A stretch of DNA of 64,000 bases from an uncultured Dehalococcoidales bacterium (GCA_964394145.1 CAYMVL010000033.1:711-64710), one strand, 5' to 3'; counted from the stretch's first letter, positions 11,184 through 23,586 are shown. Notes: generated by a model not told the origin, from the letters alone. A program made the numbers and translations.

Positions 11184-11749
11184 GTAGAAAGGTGAAGAAG
11201 TATAGATATGGCGCACCACATAATTTGAAGGCAACCTATCTGTTCAACACGGTCCTAGTTATCACTCTGATGATACTGTGCGGTTGTACTCAGCCAATAA
11301 TCTTGCCGTCACCGATTGGCGCGGAAGCCAGACAAATCATATATATCCAGGCGGAAGCAGAGATCCTGCATTATAGCAGGCAGTCTTTTTGGACCGATGA
11401 GGAATTTTCTAAGATATTGGAGTCAAAAGGAAAGTTTGAGTCTGAATATGTAGCTTCTTTTCAGCACGACTTGGAAAACTATGATAAACAAGTCTTTAAT
11501 GGTGAGGTTATATTCGACAAGTCAAGGAAGTCAACCACACTGGTATGCGATATAGAGGGGGCGATGTACAGTGCTGATTCATATGACTTTGATTGGCTCT
11601 TAGGAGACTTACCCTTCGATTTATACCAGTTCGAGCAGTCTGAAAGAGAACTTGACTATGAAGGCGAGGTAAACGCAACTGATACCAGGATCCGACTTAT
11701 TTTTCCCTACCCCATAGCTCATTGCCATGAGCATGTCTGGCCAGCATAA
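11171..11749 (+). CDS. Putative secreted protein or lipoprotein, hypothetical
   Basis: The 192-aa product has an N-terminal positively charged segment followed by a hydrophobic stretch and a Cys (LVITLMILCGC), which looks like a signal peptide or lipobox. The rest is acidic and aromatic with no recognisable domain. It overlaps the hflX 3' end by 13 nt. Confidence 0.4.
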   Translation: MLYLSRKVKKYRYGAPHNLKATYLFNTVLVITLMILCGCTQPIILPSPIGAEARQIIYIQAEAEILHYSRQSFWTDEEFSKILESKGKFESEYVASFQHDLENYDKQVFNGEVIFDKSRKSTTLVCDIEGAMYSADSYDFDWLLGDLPFDLYQFEQSERELDYEGEVNATDTRIRLIFPYPIAHCHEHVWPA

Positions 11750-11922
11750 TAGGACCTAGTGCAACAGGCATGTAAGACGAGAGCCACAATTGATCAGGAG
11801 AAGGGAATTCTCCGTATGAATCCAATACATGCACTGACGATTCTAGGTGCGAGACATTTCTCGGGGCAAAGCCACCGGAGAGATGAAGCATAATGAGGCG
11901 CGGGTTCCGATGCGAGCCATTG

Positions 11923-12597
11923 CTAGACGATGGGCTCCTGCTTATCCCGTTGCCCGAACACTTTGGTGCCTATCCTGATTACGTTCGCATTCTCCTGTAG
12001 AGCAATCTTGTAGGAATTTGACATTCCCATGGAAAGATATCTCATATTCACATTAGGCAAACTAAGCCTTTTAACCCTTTCGAATATCCTTCTTGTTTCC
12101 ACGAAATAGGGCCTTGAGTCTTCCGGATTCCCGAAGCGCGGCCCCATAGTCATTAGTCCTTCTACCTTAAGATTCCTGAGGCTGGAAATATCCCTTATCA
12201 ACTGTTCAGCATCCTCTGGGAACACCCCGGATTTGTTTAGTTCTCTCCCGCTATTTATCTCGATTAATACTGGCATCGTCTTACCAATCTGAGCACATTT
12301 CTTATTAATCTCTTTTGCTATCTCTAGTGTATGAACAGTCTCTATCATATCAAACATCTGCAGAGTCCTTATCCTGATGTTGTGTTTCTGCAGAGTCCCA
12401 ATAAAATGCCATAGTGCTTTGCTGCCCACTACTTCGTAAGCTGGTTTCGCGTCTCTAATATAGTTCTCACCGATAATTCTTACCCCGGCTTGAACAGCTT
12501 CAAGGACTTCTCTAGGAGTTCTCATCTTTGCTGCTGCCACTAACTCAACACCATCGGGTAGTTCTGCTAATATTCGGGCAACATTTTCTCTGATCAT
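11923..12597 (-). CDS. YggS-family pyridoxal-phosphate-binding protein (PLP homeostasis)
   Basis: The product begins MIRENVARILAEL...VELVAAAKMRTPREV...GVRIIGENYIRDA..., which matches the YggS/alanine-racemase-N-terminal fold with the conserved Lys in AAAK. The start was moved from the track position to the internal ATG, giving a length of about 225 aa. Confidence 0.75.
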   Translation of the reverse strand: MIRENVARILAELPDGVELVAAAKMRTPREVLEAVQAGVRIIGENYIRDAKPAYEVVGSKALWHFIGTLQKHNIRIRTLQMFDMIETVHTLEIAKEINKKCAQIGKTMPVLIEINSGRELNKSGVFPEDAEQLIRDISSLRNLKVEGLMTMGPRFGNPEDSRPYFVETRRIFERVKRLSLPNVNMRYLSMGMSNSYKIALQENANVIRIGTKVFGQRDKQEPIV

Positions 12598-12873
12598 GCC
12601 GCTTGCCCCCCGGTTAAGCTCCGGTTTCGCTTTGATTGTAACCTTGTGATCTCGCCGATTGCAAGAAAGCACACGATAGAGAGGGCCTAATAATCTACTC
12701 GTCTACCAAGTATCCCTGTGCTGTCAAGATAAGCAGACAGAGGCAAAGCACGGATAGAACTGTTTGGATTAGGTGGCCAGCTTCCGTCTGAACGGGCGGA
12801 CTGGCTTTATATTGGGATTAAAATAAGGTAAGATTGTCTCCTCGATATGAACACCAAAATAAAGGCCGGGCTT

Positions 12874-13647
12874 ATGAAAGAATTTAAGATACTATGCTGG
12901 AATGTCAACGGTATTAGAGCGGTAGAGAAGAAAGGGTTTGTGGAATGGCTGAAAAACGAGTCCCCTGATATTCTTTGCCTGCAGGAAACAAAGGTGCAGC
13001 CTGACCAGATTAGTCCTGAGCTTGCACAGCCGGCCGGATATTATGCTTACTGGGACTTTCCAGAAAGAAAAGGTTACAGCGGGGTTGCTACCTTAGTAAA
13101 AGAGAAACCAATCGACATCGAGAGTGGCTTTGGTATTAAGAAGTTTGACGTGGAGGGGAGGGTTCTTAACGCTAAATATCCTCAGTTCACACTTCTTAAT
13201 GTCTATTTTCCAAATGGGAAGATGAGCGAAGAGCGCCTGAAGTATAAGATGGACTTCTATGACGCCTTCCTCGATTTCGCAGAGGGTCTAAGGGCAAAAG
13301 GAGAAAAACTTGTCATTTGTGGAGATTTCAACACCGCTCACAAAGAAATAGACCTGGCTCGGCCAAAAGAGAATGAAGATGTATCAGGATTCTTGCCGGT
13401 AGAAAGGGAATGGATGGATAGATTTGTCGCCCATGGCTTTGTGGACACTTTTCGCTACTTCAATCGAGAGCCCAATCATTACACCTGGTGGAGTTTGAGG
13501 ACGAGGGCTAGAGAGCGAAACGTAGGATGGAGACTGGATTACTTCTTTGTGAGTGAAGACTTGATAGGATCCTTGACAGAAGCCAGTATCTTGCCAGACG
13601 TAATGGGCTCAGACCACTGCCCTGTGGGACTCAGATTATCACTCTGA
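12874..13647 (+). CDS. xth: Exodeoxyribonuclease III (AP endonuclease)
   Basis: The product contains [16 protein letters not shown]...LCLQETK...GDFNTAH...SDHCPV, which are the EEP-family Xth motifs. The start at 12874 is chosen by homology to the typical MK.ISWNVNG N-terminus. Confidence 0.85.
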   Translation: MKEFKILCWNVNGIRAVEKKGFVEWLKNESPDILCLQETKVQPDQISPELAQPAGYYAYWDFPERKGYSGVATLVKEKPIDIESGFGIKKFDVEGRVLNAKYPQFTLLNVYFPNGKMSEERLKYKMDFYDAFLDFAEGLRAKGEKLVICGDFNTAHKEIDLARPKENEDVSGFLPVEREWMDRFVAHGFVDTFRYFNREPNHYTWWSLRTRARERNVGWRLDYFFVSEDLIGSLTEASILPDVMGSDHCPVGLRLSL

Positions 13648-13780
13648 GGTCATTATGCCGTTTCGAGGGTTAAGACAAATGGATGGCCTCTGTGTGAAAT
13701 GAAAAGATGGGCCTAAGCCTACTGAGAATTACAAGAGAGTGAGTCTAGGCATGATTAAAGAGACCGTAGGTGTTCCGGGT

Positions 13781-14446
13781 ATGAAGACTCTGGTGCAATG
13801 CGATTTCGACGGCACGATTACTGAAGAAGATGCCAGCTTCTTCATTCTGGATGTCTTTGCTCAGGGAGACTGGCGCACATTGCTGCATAAGTATAGGCAG
13901 CATAGAATATCGGTAGGGGAATTCAACACCAGAGCCTTTGCCATGGTGAAGGCTGATAAAGCTGCATTGCTGGCGGCAATAAAGGGCAGCGGCTTGCTCT
14001 CAAATCTCAACTCTCATGCTATCAAGATACGGTATGGGTTCCGAGAGCTGGTGGGTTACTGCTCGAAAAGAGGCTTCAGACTGGTAATTGTGAGCAACGG
14101 GCTCGATTTTTACATAACCGAAATATTGAAACAGATTGGCCTGGAAAATATCGAGGTACATGCTGCACGAACGCGGTTCTTGCCTTCAGGAATAGAAGTC
14201 CGATATATAGGTCCGGACGAAAATGAATTAGAGGATGGCTTGAAAGAGGCATACGTTAAGCTATTTCTGGAGCAGGGTTACCGGGTAGTATATGTTGGCA
14301 ACGGTGACTCCGATGTCGCCGCGGCAAAATGTGCTCAACAAATCTTTGCCACGGGAGAGCTCTTAGGCTACTGCAGAAAGAATAATCTCGAGTGTAAGCC
14401 CTTCAATGACCTCACCGATGTCATTAGCGGATTGGAGCTTTTATAG
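13781..14446 (+). CDS. HAD-IB family phosphatase, MtnX-like (2-hydroxy-3-keto-5-methylthiopentenyl-1-phosphate phosphatase-like)
   Basis: The product contains CDFDGTIT (the HAD motif I with a D-x-D nucleophile), VIVSNGLDFYI and GNGDSDVAAAK (motif III). The overall order parallels B. subtilis MtnX. Alternative starts exist at 13751 and 13739. Confidence 0.6.
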   Translation: MKTLVQCDFDGTITEEDASFFILDVFAQGDWRTLLHKYRQHRISVGEFNTRAFAMVKADKAALLAAIKGSGLLSNLNSHAIKIRYGFRELVGYCSKRGFRLVIVSNGLDFYITEILKQIGLENIEVHAARTRFLPSGIEVRYIGPDENELEDGLKEAYVKLFLEQGYRVVYVGNGDSDVAAAKCAQQIFATGELLGYCRKNNLECKPFNDLTDVISGLELL

Positions 14447-14559
14447 CTAATGGCGTCATCTGCTACGGTCTCAAGGAGCCTTGTGAAAAAAAGACGGGGT
14501 TCTAGGACAAGCCAGCTTTTGGTGAGACAATGGCCGGTTAACCAGTCCAGTGAGGAGCA

Positions 14560-15519
14560 CTAGGAGCGCCTACCGGGGAGTTTTCTCATGTAAAATTTCT
14601 TCCCTTGGTAGTCCGTCTCAATCAGCTTATTCTGCTTAACTAAGTTTTCAACAGTAGCCCATTGTGCATTGGCGTTTTTGAGCAGTGCTTTAACGGCCTC
14701 CTCCCTCATCGGGTGGACTGATGTAATGCCGAGTAAGTCATCTTCAACTTTGCCAGTAGACGCAAAGGCATTCCCCTCATAGCCGATTAAATATTCAACA
14801 TATTTCAATTTCTCGCCGAGTAGCTGATATGCCATGTTGATAGCCGCCTCACTGGCTGCTTTAACGCCCTTTTGCGCCGGGGGCCTTGTTGGGACAGCCA
14901 GGTAGGCTTTTCTTGGCGCTAGCTCCACCAAGAAATCCGCAATTCTCTCAATTTCCTCGCGATTGTCATTGATACCGCGAATAAGCATGGTCTCCGTTGT
15001 CAGTTCCCCTGCAAATGTACTGGCAAATTGGAGCATACCGTCCATAATGCTTCTAAGTTTCAATGACCCGTGAGGTCTGTCGACCTTGCGCCAGATCTCG
15101 CTGCTCAATGCATCTAACTTCAGTGAAACCCAGTCTGCCTTTCTTAGATCCTCCCTGACATCTTCACGCCAAACAAGGGATGCATTCGTAATCACTGCGA
15201 TTTTGATATTCAACATTCTCAGCAGCTCAATTTCCGTGCCGAGATTGATATCCAGAGTGGGCTCTCCATCAGCGACAAAAGTCAGATAGTCTATTGCTTC
15301 TCCTTTTCCCTCAGCTTCTCTGACCTTTTCCTTTACTTCTTGTACCAGCTCTTGTACTTCATAAAACTCTTGCCTTTCAACTTGCATGTTCATGGTGTTT
15401 CCAAGTTGGCAATAAACACAAGAATAGCTACATATCTTGGGGGGGATATTGTTTATTCCCAAGCTGTGTCCCAATCTTCTGGATGGGACTGGTCCAAAAG
15501 CCTTCATTAGTTCAATCAT
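14560..15519 (-). CDS. Radical SAM domain protein (family undetermined)
   Basis: The 319-aa product has the motif CSYSCVYC (CX3CX2C) close to the N-terminus, after GPVPSRRLGHSLGIN. This placement is typical of small radical-SAM maturases. Confidence 0.7.
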   Translation of the reverse strand: MIELMKAFGPVPSRRLGHSLGINNIPPKICSYSCVYCQLGNTMNMQVERQEFYEVQELVQEVKEKVREAEGKGEAIDYLTFVADGEPTLDINLGTEIELLRMLNIKIAVITNASLVWREDVREDLRKADWVSLKLDALSSEIWRKVDRPHGSLKLRSIMDGMLQFASTFAGELTTETMLIRGINDNREEIERIADFLVELAPRKAYLAVPTRPPAQKGVKAASEAAINMAYQLLGEKLKYVEYLIGYEGNAFASTGKVEDDLLGITSVHPMREEAVKALLKNANAQWATVENLVKQNKLIETDYQGKKFYMRKLPGRRS

Positions 15520-15685
15520 ATTCGTTAGTCTAGCTGAGATTATGGATTATCAGGTAAATTTAAGGATAATCCGTCAAACGAACTAATATACCGACTTTGA
15601 CTCGGGCAAGCCAACCTGTTAAGTAACATTTGCCATAGCATCTTAATATGACCTTTGCCTTGCTATACTTCTTTGAAGCCGGAGA

Positions 15686-18613
15686 TCATGCAAAGGCCTC
15701 CTGTTTGATCAACTTACTGGACAAAAATTGCCCGGTAGAAGAGTAATTATTTCGTGCCACCTCTTCAGGAGTGCCTGTAGCTACAATATAGCCTCCTTCG
15801 TCGCCAGCTCCCGGGCCAAGGTCAATAACCCAATCAGCATTCTTAATTACATCGAGCTGATGCTCAATAACGATCACCGTGTTTCCGCGGTCTACCAAGC
15901 GCTGCAGCACCCGCAAGAGACAACCGATATCCGAGAATGACAGGCCTGTAGTTGGCTCGTCGAGGATATAGAGAGATTTACCTGTAGGGCGGCGTGATAG
16001 CTCCGCAGCCAACTTAACACGCTGTGCCTCGCCTCCCGAAAGGGTGGGTGCTGGCTGCCCTAGGCAGATGTACCCCAAACCGACATCTCGAATGGTCTCT
16101 AGCTTTCTTTTGATTTTGGTAAAATGGTCGAAGAAAAGTACCGCTTCATCCACAGTCATAGCAAGAATTTCGGCAATATTCTTGCCTTTAAAGTGTATTT
16201 CCAACGCTTCACGATTGTACCTTTTCCCCTTGCATACCTCGCAAGGGACTGTAACACTGGGCAAGAATTGCATCTCTATTTGTACGTAACCAGCCCCCTG
16301 GCAGGCTTCACACCTCCCGCCTTTTACATTGAAGGAAAAGCGCCCGGGAGAATAACCACGCATTCTGGCTTCGGGAACCTGTGAAAACAACTCCCGAATA
16401 GGAGTGAATGTTCCCGTATACGTAGCGGGATTACTTCGGGGCGTGCGGCCGATTGGCGACTGGTCAATGTTAATCACCTTGTCAATATGCTCGATGCCGA
16501 TAATCGCATCACATTGGCCTGGTTTGTCCTTGGCCCGGTAGAATGAGCGAGCCAACCTCTTATACAGGACTTCGTTAATGAGAGAACTCTTACCACTGCC
16601 AGAAACGCCAGTTATACAGACAAACTTGCCCAAAGGAATATGGACATCGATATTCTTTAGATTGTTCTCTCTGGCCCTTTTGATAACTAGTTCTTGCCCC
16701 GAACCGCTTCGCCGCTCTCGGGGTAATGGGATTTGCTTCGCACCGCTGAGATACTGTCCCGTTACCGACAGAGGGCAATGCATTATGTCCTGAAGTGTTC
16801 CTGTGGCTACAACTTCTCCTCCCTGTTTACCAGCGCCTGGACCCATGTCAATAATATAATCGGCAGCTCTCATCATAGCTTCATCATGCTCTACAATTAG
16901 AACAGTGTTATCTAAGTCTCTTAGCCGTTTCAATGTGGTTATAAGCTTGGAACCATCAGCAGGGTGTAGGCCTACCGTTGGCTCATCGCAAATATAGAGT
17001 ACTCCTGTGAGCCCACCTCCGATCTGGGTCGCCAGGTGGATTCTTTGCGCCTCACCACCACTCAACGTGGCCGAGGGGCGGTCTAACGTCAGATACCCCA
17101 GACCTACATCTCTAAGAAAACCCAGACGCGCATGAATCTCCTTAATAATCTGGTTGGCTATGGCAAACTCGCGAGGGCTAATTTGATTTCCCAGTTGCTC
17201 TACCCACTTTAGAGCCTCAGTGACGGACAAGCCAGCGATATCCATAATGTTTTTGCCCACAATAGTGACGGCTAGAGACTCTGGCTTCAGCCTTTTGCCT
17301 TGGCAAATCGGGCAAGGGCTGGAGGACATATATCTCTCGATGTCACTTCTAACATTGTCGGAATCCGTTTCCCTGTAACGGCGCTCCATGTAAGGAATAA
17401 CACCTTCAAAATTCGTGTAATACTGGCGCATCCTGCCATAACGGTCTTCATATACAGCGGGGATTTCCTCTGCCCCGTTACCATAAAGAATCAGGCGTAG
17501 CTGCTCTTCAGTCAGATCCTTGACCGGCGTGGACAGGGAGAAGCCATGGCGATGGGCCAGAGATTGAAGTATGCTGCTATACCAAGTGCTCATGGCACCA
17601 TTTCTGGCCCAAGGTTGAATTGCTCCTTCAGATAAGCTTAGTTCTTTATCAGGGATAAGCAGATTGGGGTCAATATCAAATTTGTAGCCCAGTCCAGTAC
17701 AGGCTGGGCAAGCTCCATGAGGACTGTTGAAGCTGAATGTCCTGGGAGCAATTTCCTCCAAACTGATGCCACAATAAACGCAGGCAAAGTGCTCTGAGAA
17801 AAGTAACTCCTGTCCGTTGATAATGGAAATGACAACAACGCCCGACCCTAGTTTCAATGCCGTCTCAATAGAATCAGCGAGTCGAGCGTCATTTTCGCTA
17901 ATCTCCTTGTGGAGACTGCCCTGAGAGGGCTGAGCCCCTTGGCTCTGCTCGGCATCATAAGCAACCTGTGACTCAGGACGACCTATCTGCAATCGGTCGA
18001 CCACCGCTTCTATGACATGCTTCTTATTCTGATCCAGTTGAAAGTCCTCCGAAAGGTCACGAATTTCCCCATCAACCCGGACTCTGACAAACCCGGCCTT
18101 CTGCAAATCTTGGAGTATTGCTCGATGTTCACCTTTGCGGTCTCTGATCAATGGCGCCAGTACCATGATGCGACTTCCCTCACGTATCTCTTTAACTGCA
18201 TCCACGATTTGCTGCACCGTCTGGCGGGAAATCTCACGTCCGCACTTGGGGCAATGCGGGTGACCAATGCGGGCAAAAAGTAGACGCAAATAGTCATATA
18301 TCTCAGTGATAGTGCCTACGATAGATCTCGGGTTATGAGGAGGCCCCTTTTGGTCAATCGATATCGCTGGGCTAAGGCCTTCGATGTAATCAACATCAGG
18401 TTTTTCCATTTGACCAAGGAACTGGCGGGCATAGGCAGAAAGAGACTCCACATATCTTCGTTGACCTTCAGCATATATAGTATCGAAGGCTAATGAGCTC
18501 TTACCTGAGCCGGAAACGCCAGTAATAACCACAAGTTTGTTTCTGGGAATAACGACATCTATGGCCTTGAGGTTATGTTCTCTAGCACCTTTAACCAGTA
18601 TGCTGTCCGGCAT
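15686..18613 (-). CDS. uvrA: Excinuclease ABC subunit A
   Basis: About 975 aa are present. The product has two ABC ATPase modules ([14 protein letters not shown] and [14 protein letters not shown]), zinc-finger Cys pairs and LSGGEAQR signatures. The start is probably the internal ATG ([16 protein letters not shown]), by homology. Confidence 0.9.
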   Translation of the reverse strand: MPDSILVKGAREHNLKAIDVVIPRNKLVVITGVSGSGKSSLAFDTIYAEGQRRYVESLSAYARQFLGQMEKPDVDYIEGLSPAISIDQKGPPHNPRSIVGTITEIYDYLRLLFARIGHPHCPKCGREISRQTVQQIVDAVKEIREGSRIMVLAPLIRDRKGEHRAILQDLQKAGFVRVRVDGEIRDLSEDFQLDQNKKHVIEAVVDRLQIGRPESQVAYDAEQSQGAQPSQGSLHKEISENDARLADSIETALKLGSGVVVISIINGQELLFSEHFACVYCGISLEEIAPRTFSFNSPHGACPACTGLGYKFDIDPNLLIPDKELSLSEGAIQPWARNGAMSTWYSSILQSLAHRHGFSLSTPVKDLTEEQLRLILYGNGAEEIPAVYEDRYGRMRQYYTNFEGVIPYMERRYRETDSDNVRSDIERYMSSSPCPICQGKRLKPESLAVTIVGKNIMDIAGLSVTEALKWVEQLGNQISPREFAIANQIIKEIHARLGFLRDVGLGYLTLDRPSATLSGGEAQRIHLATQIGGGLTGVLYICDEPTVGLHPADGSKLITTLKRLRDLDNTVLIVEHDEAMMRAADYIIDMGPGAGKQGGEVVATGTLQDIMHCPLSVTGQYLSGAKQIPLPRERRSGSGQELVIKRARENNLKNIDVHIPLGKFVCITGVSGSGKSSLINEVLYKRLARSFYRAKDKPGQCDAIIGIEHIDKVINIDQSPIGRTPRSNPATYTGTFTPIRELFSQVPEARMRGYSPGRFSFNVKGGRCEACQGAGYVQIEMQFLPSVTVPCEVCKGKRYNREALEIHFKGKNIAEILAMTVDEAVLFFDHFTKIKRKLETIRDVGLGYICLGQPAPTLSGGEAQRVKLAAELSRRPTGKSLYILDEPTTGLSFSDIGCLLRVLQRLVDRGNTVIVIEHQLDVIKNADWVIDLGPGAGDEGGYIVATGTPEEVARNNYSSTGQFLSSKLIKQEAFA

Positions 18614-19488
18614 GGATTTTATTGTAACATCGAGTGTCACTTCTTCTCAAAGGAAAGATTACTGCGACTAAATCGGGTTAGCAGAACCAGTATGTCACCC
18701 CATCCTCAGAACCTGTTTCCCATATTTGAAAACATCATATTGTCTGGTTGGTGGATACACACTCAAGAAGTGTGGAAGAGATTACTGGCAGCAAGTATCC
18801 TTTCCGTTAGTAAAGAAATAGCAATAATGAGGTAGTCACTCACATTGAAAAGACAAAAATGGCAAGGAATCACGGGCCAAGAGTTGTGCGTGATAACCTG
18901 GAGTAATAGGTACGGAGAAAAGTTCAGCAGTTCATACAGTATGTTCTGGAGGAAGAAAGTGCTGAGCTACTTGGGAGCCAGGAATGGGATCGGTGGGCAA
19001 TTGATAGCTCTCCGCCGCAATGCAATGGCTCACGGAAAAAGACCAACGATGTCTGGTTGTGGTGGTCTCATGCTATAACGGCTCAGGCTAAGGGGACTGG
19101 ACGAAGCTTTTTGGGGTTGCGTACTGCCACTGTTCTAAAGAAGAGGCAGAGGCCAATCAACACGACTTTCTGGTGGAATCACCATTTGCGGGCCTCCGGC
19201 TGAGTACGGATCGGGGCAAAGCGCATAAGAAGATCAAGGATGCCACAGCCGTAAGCTGGAAGATACTGCGGCTGACCAAGCAAAGGTCTTACCGGTTAGA
19301 TGCTCCGGATAAGCCGACCCCAGTCTAACTAGAACTTGGCTTACAGGATAGGAATGAACAAGATAAGGCTAGTCAGCAATAAACGGTCGTCATGGCTTGG
19401 CATTTACACAGTTCTGGATAAGGCCCGACGTTCCTCAAGTGCCGGTAAAACTACTTATGGGGTGCTTTATGGATATAGCAGGCAGGGC

Positions 19489-20082
19489 TCATAAGTCCTC
19501 AAATACCTTGGGGGCCATCTCTTTTGCTATCCTTCGTATCTCGCTAGCTACAGCCCTAAATTCGGGAAGAGCTCGTTTGGAACTTCTTAACTCGATAATG
19601 TGGCGAATTTCGCGGAAATTCCAGGTGCAGATTATTTGACTCTCGCAGGCGTTAGGTAAAACATAGCGGGCTGTCTCGGGCTTTATCCCTTTGGCCAGCA
19701 AGTCACGATAGGTGTCCCAGGAATACTTCATGGCCTGTTCAAACTGCTGGTGGGCGCGTTCGTCGCCTTCCTTGATTTCAGGAGGTTCAATGTATCTCGG
19801 CTCGTTCTCTTTCACATACCTCTGGCTTCTCTGGCTATAACTCGCTAGCCTGTGCCTGATGAGTTCATGTGTCAGAACACGGCTGGCCCGGATATAAAAA
19901 GTAGCGTAAGCATGCTCAATCATTGACTCGTGACCTACCTGTAGCCATTTTTGAATTCGGTCAGGTGTTGTCCCTGTCTTATCCTGTGTACTCCAGCACA
20001 ATCTTCCCGCTGTTTCTATTAGCCTCTCAGCGTCAGGAGTGACTGTAAGCAGCTTAACTTCTATATCATACCCGTTTACCAT
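19489..20082 (-). CDS. thyX: FAD-dependent thymidylate synthase ThyX
   Basis: The product contains the ThyX motif RHRLASYSQRSQRY (RHR...S.RY) and the sequence ATFYIRASRVLTHELIRHR. The start is trimmed to the internal ATG (MVNGYDIEV...). Confidence 0.8.
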   Translation of the reverse strand: MVNGYDIEVKLLTVTPDAERLIETAGRLCWSTQDKTGTTPDRIQKWLQVGHESMIEHAYATFYIRASRVLTHELIRHRLASYSQRSQRYVKENEPRYIEPPEIKEGDERAHQQFEQAMKYSWDTYRDLLAKGIKPETARYVLPNACESQIICTWNFREIRHIIELRSSKRALPEFRAVASEIRRIAKEMAPKVFEDL

Positions 20083-20761
20083 TGTACGTCTCGTTATAGC
20101 AGCCTGTCTGCATCGGATGCAATTCTGGAATGATGCGATTCCAAATCTATTACAGAAAGCATAGGAGCTTAAATAAAGGAAGCACCTATACAATATCACA
20201 CTAAATGAGTCTTCTGCCAGCAGCTCAACATAAGCCTGTCTGTGTTGAGATCTGTCGATGCATTATATAAATAAGGATAACATGCTTTCCTGCTACCCGC
20301 TTGCATAGCAGCACAGCGCAAAAAATCAGCTGCCCCAACTATCTATCCGGTTAGAGAAGCAGGGAGAATCAGACGTTTGAAGAAGTTGACTCGTAAAGAA
20401 GATACCACTGCCTACTTGAAACCTCATTATCATAACTTCTTACTACCGATATCTTGTTTTCGTCTTCTCTAATGGATTATTTTGGGATGCATATAGGCAT
20501 AGTAGTGATGGAGTGTGATAGTGCCAGCCAGTTGAGATAACATGGTAGCTATATTGTTGCATTAATGTGCTGATGCGTCCCTTCAAGCTAGCACAGAATA
20601 TCGCAAGATGTTTAGTTCGTCTTGCTGCTGGGGCTGCGGCTGGCGAAGTCAAGTACCTGGTTTCGCGCAGATAGAGGCCAAGGAACTAAGACAGCCCCTG
20701 GAACAATTTTGACTCATGGGGTCAAAGCTGATAAGCTAGTGAACTTGGAATAGGAGTGTGA

Positions 20762-22108
20762 ATGTCTGACAAAGTAGATATGGAGAAAATAGTCTCCCTG
20801 TGTAAGAGGAGAGGCATTATTTTCCCCAGTAGCGAAATCTATGGAGGTCTGGGTAGCTGCTGGGATTATGGCCCCATAGGAGTCGAACTCAAGCGCAATC
20901 TTAAAGATGCCTGGTGGAAGACAATGGTCCAGGAGCGAGATGATGTAGTGGGCTTAGATGCCAGCATTATGATGCATCCCGCCGTATGGAAAGCCAGCGG
21001 GCATGTTGACAGCTTTACAGACCCTTTGGTCGAGTGTAAGAATTGCCATCTGAGGTGGCGAGCTACCGAGGTAGAGGACAATAAATGTCCCAAGTGTGGC
21101 GGTGATCTCGCCGAGGCCCGTATGTTCAACTTAATGTTTAAGACGTTTATGGGTGCGGTAGAGGAGGAGGCAAGCATTGTTTATCTTCGCCCTGAAACAG
21201 CTCAGGGAATGTTCATAAATTTTGAAAACGTCGTTACGACTTCCAGGAAAAGGTTGCCTTTGGGTATCGCTCAAATAGGGAAGTCCTTCCGTAACGAAAT
21301 CACACCTGGCAACTTCATCTTCAGGACGAGGGAGTTCGAGCATATGGAGTTGGAGTATTTTGTGAAGCCCGGGACTGACGAGAGCTGGTTTAATTACTGG
21401 GTCAAGACGCGGTTTGACTGGTATGTAAAACTGGGGATAAAGGAGGAGAACCTGCGTCTCCGCCAGCACGGCAAAGATGAGCTAGCCCATTATGCTAAGG
21501 ATTGCTACGATGTTGAATATCTATTCCCTATGGGCTGGTCGGAGTTGGAGGGGATAGCTAATCGGGGCAACTATGACTTAACCCAGCATGCCAAGCATAG
21601 CGGGAAGGATCTCAGCTATTACGATGGGGAGACTAGAGAAAGGTATATCCCCTATGTTATTGAGCCTTCCGCTGGTGTTGACCGCTCGGTGCTGGCTTTG
21701 CTCGTTGATGCCTATCAGGAAGAAGTGGTGGAGGGAGAAGCGAGGACGGTCTTGCGTCTGCCGCCTTCTTTAGCTCCTGTCAAGGTGGCCGTCTTGCCCT
21801 TATCCAGGAATGAAAAATTGACGCCGCTTGCTAAGGAGGTTTATAAGCAGCTCTGCGGGAGCTTTATGACTTATTATGATGACTCTCAAAGCATTGGGCG
21901 GAGATATAGGCGGCAGGACGAGATTGGCACTCCTTTCTGCGTTACTATAGATTTTGAGTCTCTGGAGGATAAGCAGGTTACTGTCAGGGACAGAGATAGT
22001 CTGGCGCAAATCCGGGTGCCAATAGACAAATTAGAGCAGATTCTGCAGGCCAAACTTGCTGGCGAGCCTTTTGATGTTTCTCCGTTGTGGGCGACTAGGC
22101 AGAAGTGA
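20762..22108 (+). CDS. glyQS: Glycine--tRNA ligase (dimeric class II, GlyQS type)
   Basis: The 448-aa product contains [23 protein letters not shown]. It has class II aaRS motifs and a C-terminal anticodon-binding domain. Confidence 0.9.
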   Translation: MSDKVDMEKIVSLCKRRGIIFPSSEIYGGLGSCWDYGPIGVELKRNLKDAWWKTMVQERDDVVGLDASIMMHPAVWKASGHVDSFTDPLVECKNCHLRWRATEVEDNKCPKCGGDLAEARMFNLMFKTFMGAVEEEASIVYLRPETAQGMFINFENVVTTSRKRLPLGIAQIGKSFRNEITPGNFIFRTREFEHMELEYFVKPGTDESWFNYWVKTRFDWYVKLGIKEENLRLRQHGKDELAHYAKDCYDVEYLFPMGWSELEGIANRGNYDLTQHAKHSGKDLSYYDGETRERYIPYVIEPSAGVDRSVLALLVDAYQEEVVEGEARTVLRLPPSLAPVKVAVLPLSRNEKLTPLAKEVYKQLCGSFMTYYDDSQSIGRRYRRQDEIGTPFCVTIDFESLEDKQVTVRDRDSLAQIRVPIDKLEQILQAKLAGEPFDVSPLWATRQK

Positions 22109-22320
22109 GGTCAGCTAGTATACCTAGAGCCATTTCTATTTCAATTCTTTCACTAATAGTGGCAGAATCATTTGCAAGTTTCCCGGAATACGTGCACCAG
22201 CTATCTCAAGGATAACTGCTTTCGCATTCGGGTCGACAGGAAGTATAACTTCAGGTGTCTCAAGTCACGTGGTGGATTGAGATACACTCTGATGTAAGAA
22301 GACAATATCCAGGATCTTAA

Positions 22321-23454
22321 CTATGCCATAAGACTCCTACCGATAGTAGCTTTCATAATCTCTTGAGTACCAGATGCTGAAAAGAGCTGCAGGGCATCTC
22401 TCAGGCGGCGAACAACATGATATTCTTCGCTCGCTCCATAGCCACCCATTATTTGTACTGCCTTAAGGGCCACTTTATTGGCCAGGTCACAGCTAAGTAG
22501 TTTGGCCCGGGCTATATCCACACCTATCTTCTTGATTTCCCGGCCCTGGTCAATTTGCCACGCGGAATAGTAAGAAAGCCATCTAGTGGCTTCGATTTTA
22601 ACATTCATATCAACCAGGGCAAACTGTATTGCTTGAAGCTCTCCTATAGGTTTTCCGTATAGCTTCCTTTGCCTAACGAATTCTAATGCAGTCTCGTAGC
22701 ACCCTGTGGCGATTCCTAGACCGGTTGCAGCAACCCCTGTTCGACCAATGGTGCTCACCCCCGAAAGGGCTACTGCTAATCCCTTTCCCTCCTGGCCTAG
22801 CAGATTAGATTTCGGGACTCGGCAATTGGTGAAAGCCATTTCGTTGACCGGAATAGTGCGAAATCCGGCAATTCGCTCTCTCCCAGTAATTTCAAATCCG
22901 GGGGTTCCTTTCTCCACCAGAATCTCATTGAAGCTGTCACCGGTCCGGGTAAGGATGCAGGCAAGATCAGCCACTTCGCCCAAAGTTATATAAACCTTTC
23001 TGCCGTTGATTATGAATTCGTTTTCTACAATTTCGGCTGTAGTCTGACTGCTTGTGGGGTCAGAGCCTCCCGAAGGCTCGGTGATGGCAGCGCACATTAG
23101 TATCTCACCTTTGCATGAAGGGGGAAGATATTTTCTCTTCTGTTCCTCGGTGCCATAGGTTTGCAGAGACCATTGCATCAGATGTGCTGCCTCGAAGAAA
23201 AACCCCAACGGTGGATAAACTCGAGATATCTCTTCTATCGCTATCATCCTAGCCAGATGTCCCATCTCTGTCCCGCCATATTCCTTTGGTGTCAAAAGAC
23301 CCAACAGTCCCAGCTTGGCGGCCTTCCTTACAATGTCGAAAGGTAGTTCCCCCTTATCATCGAGTTCTAAAGCTCTTGGAGCTAATTCAGCGTCAGCAAA
23401 CTCACGCACTGCGTATTTCAGCGTCTGTTGCCCTTTAGTAAGATTAAAGTCCAT
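22321..23454 (-). CDS. Acyl-CoA dehydrogenase
   Basis: The product begins MDFNLTKGQ... and contains the ACAD N, middle and C domains (GGSDP, GQEGKGL, QIMGGYG). The catalytic Glu lies near the C-terminus. Confidence 0.8.
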   Translation of the reverse strand: MDFNLTKGQQTLKYAVREFADAELAPRALELDDKGELPFDIVRKAAKLGLLGLLTPKEYGGTEMGHLARMIAIEEISRVYPPLGFFFEAAHLMQWSLQTYGTEEQKRKYLPPSCKGEILMCAAITEPSGGSDPTSSQTTAEIVENEFIINGRKVYITLGEVADLACILTRTGDSFNEILVEKGTPGFEITGRERIAGFRTIPVNEMAFTNCRVPKSNLLGQEGKGLAVALSGVSTIGRTGVAATGLGIATGCYETALEFVRQRKLYGKPIGELQAIQFALVDMNVKIEATRWLSYYSAWQIDQGREIKKIGVDIARAKLLSCDLANKVALKAVQIMGGYGASEEYHVVRRLRDALQLFSASGTQEIMKATIGRSLMA

Positions 23455-23586
23455 ACTACCTCCTCGCCGGTACACTAGTGTAGGGTCGTACTCCCTTGGG
23501 AACTTCCGTCATATGTAGCTCGTCGCCCACATTTCTTGCGTTAACTCTTCTTGTCCTCCCATTCTCACAGCAAAACCATGTGAGTC

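Noticed and set aside
18845-19078. A 77-aa ORF in the uvrA-thyX spacer.
   Set aside because: It has no RBS and odd composition (W/R/G-rich), and I could not assign any family. It is treated as non-coding pending a database search.
20200-20761. A possible T-box riboswitch leader for glyQS (and likewise for trpS).
   Set aside because: I scanned for the T-box sequence AATTAGGGTGGNACCGCG and for a specifier-loop arrangement, and found no match. This is not confirmed without a covariance-model search.
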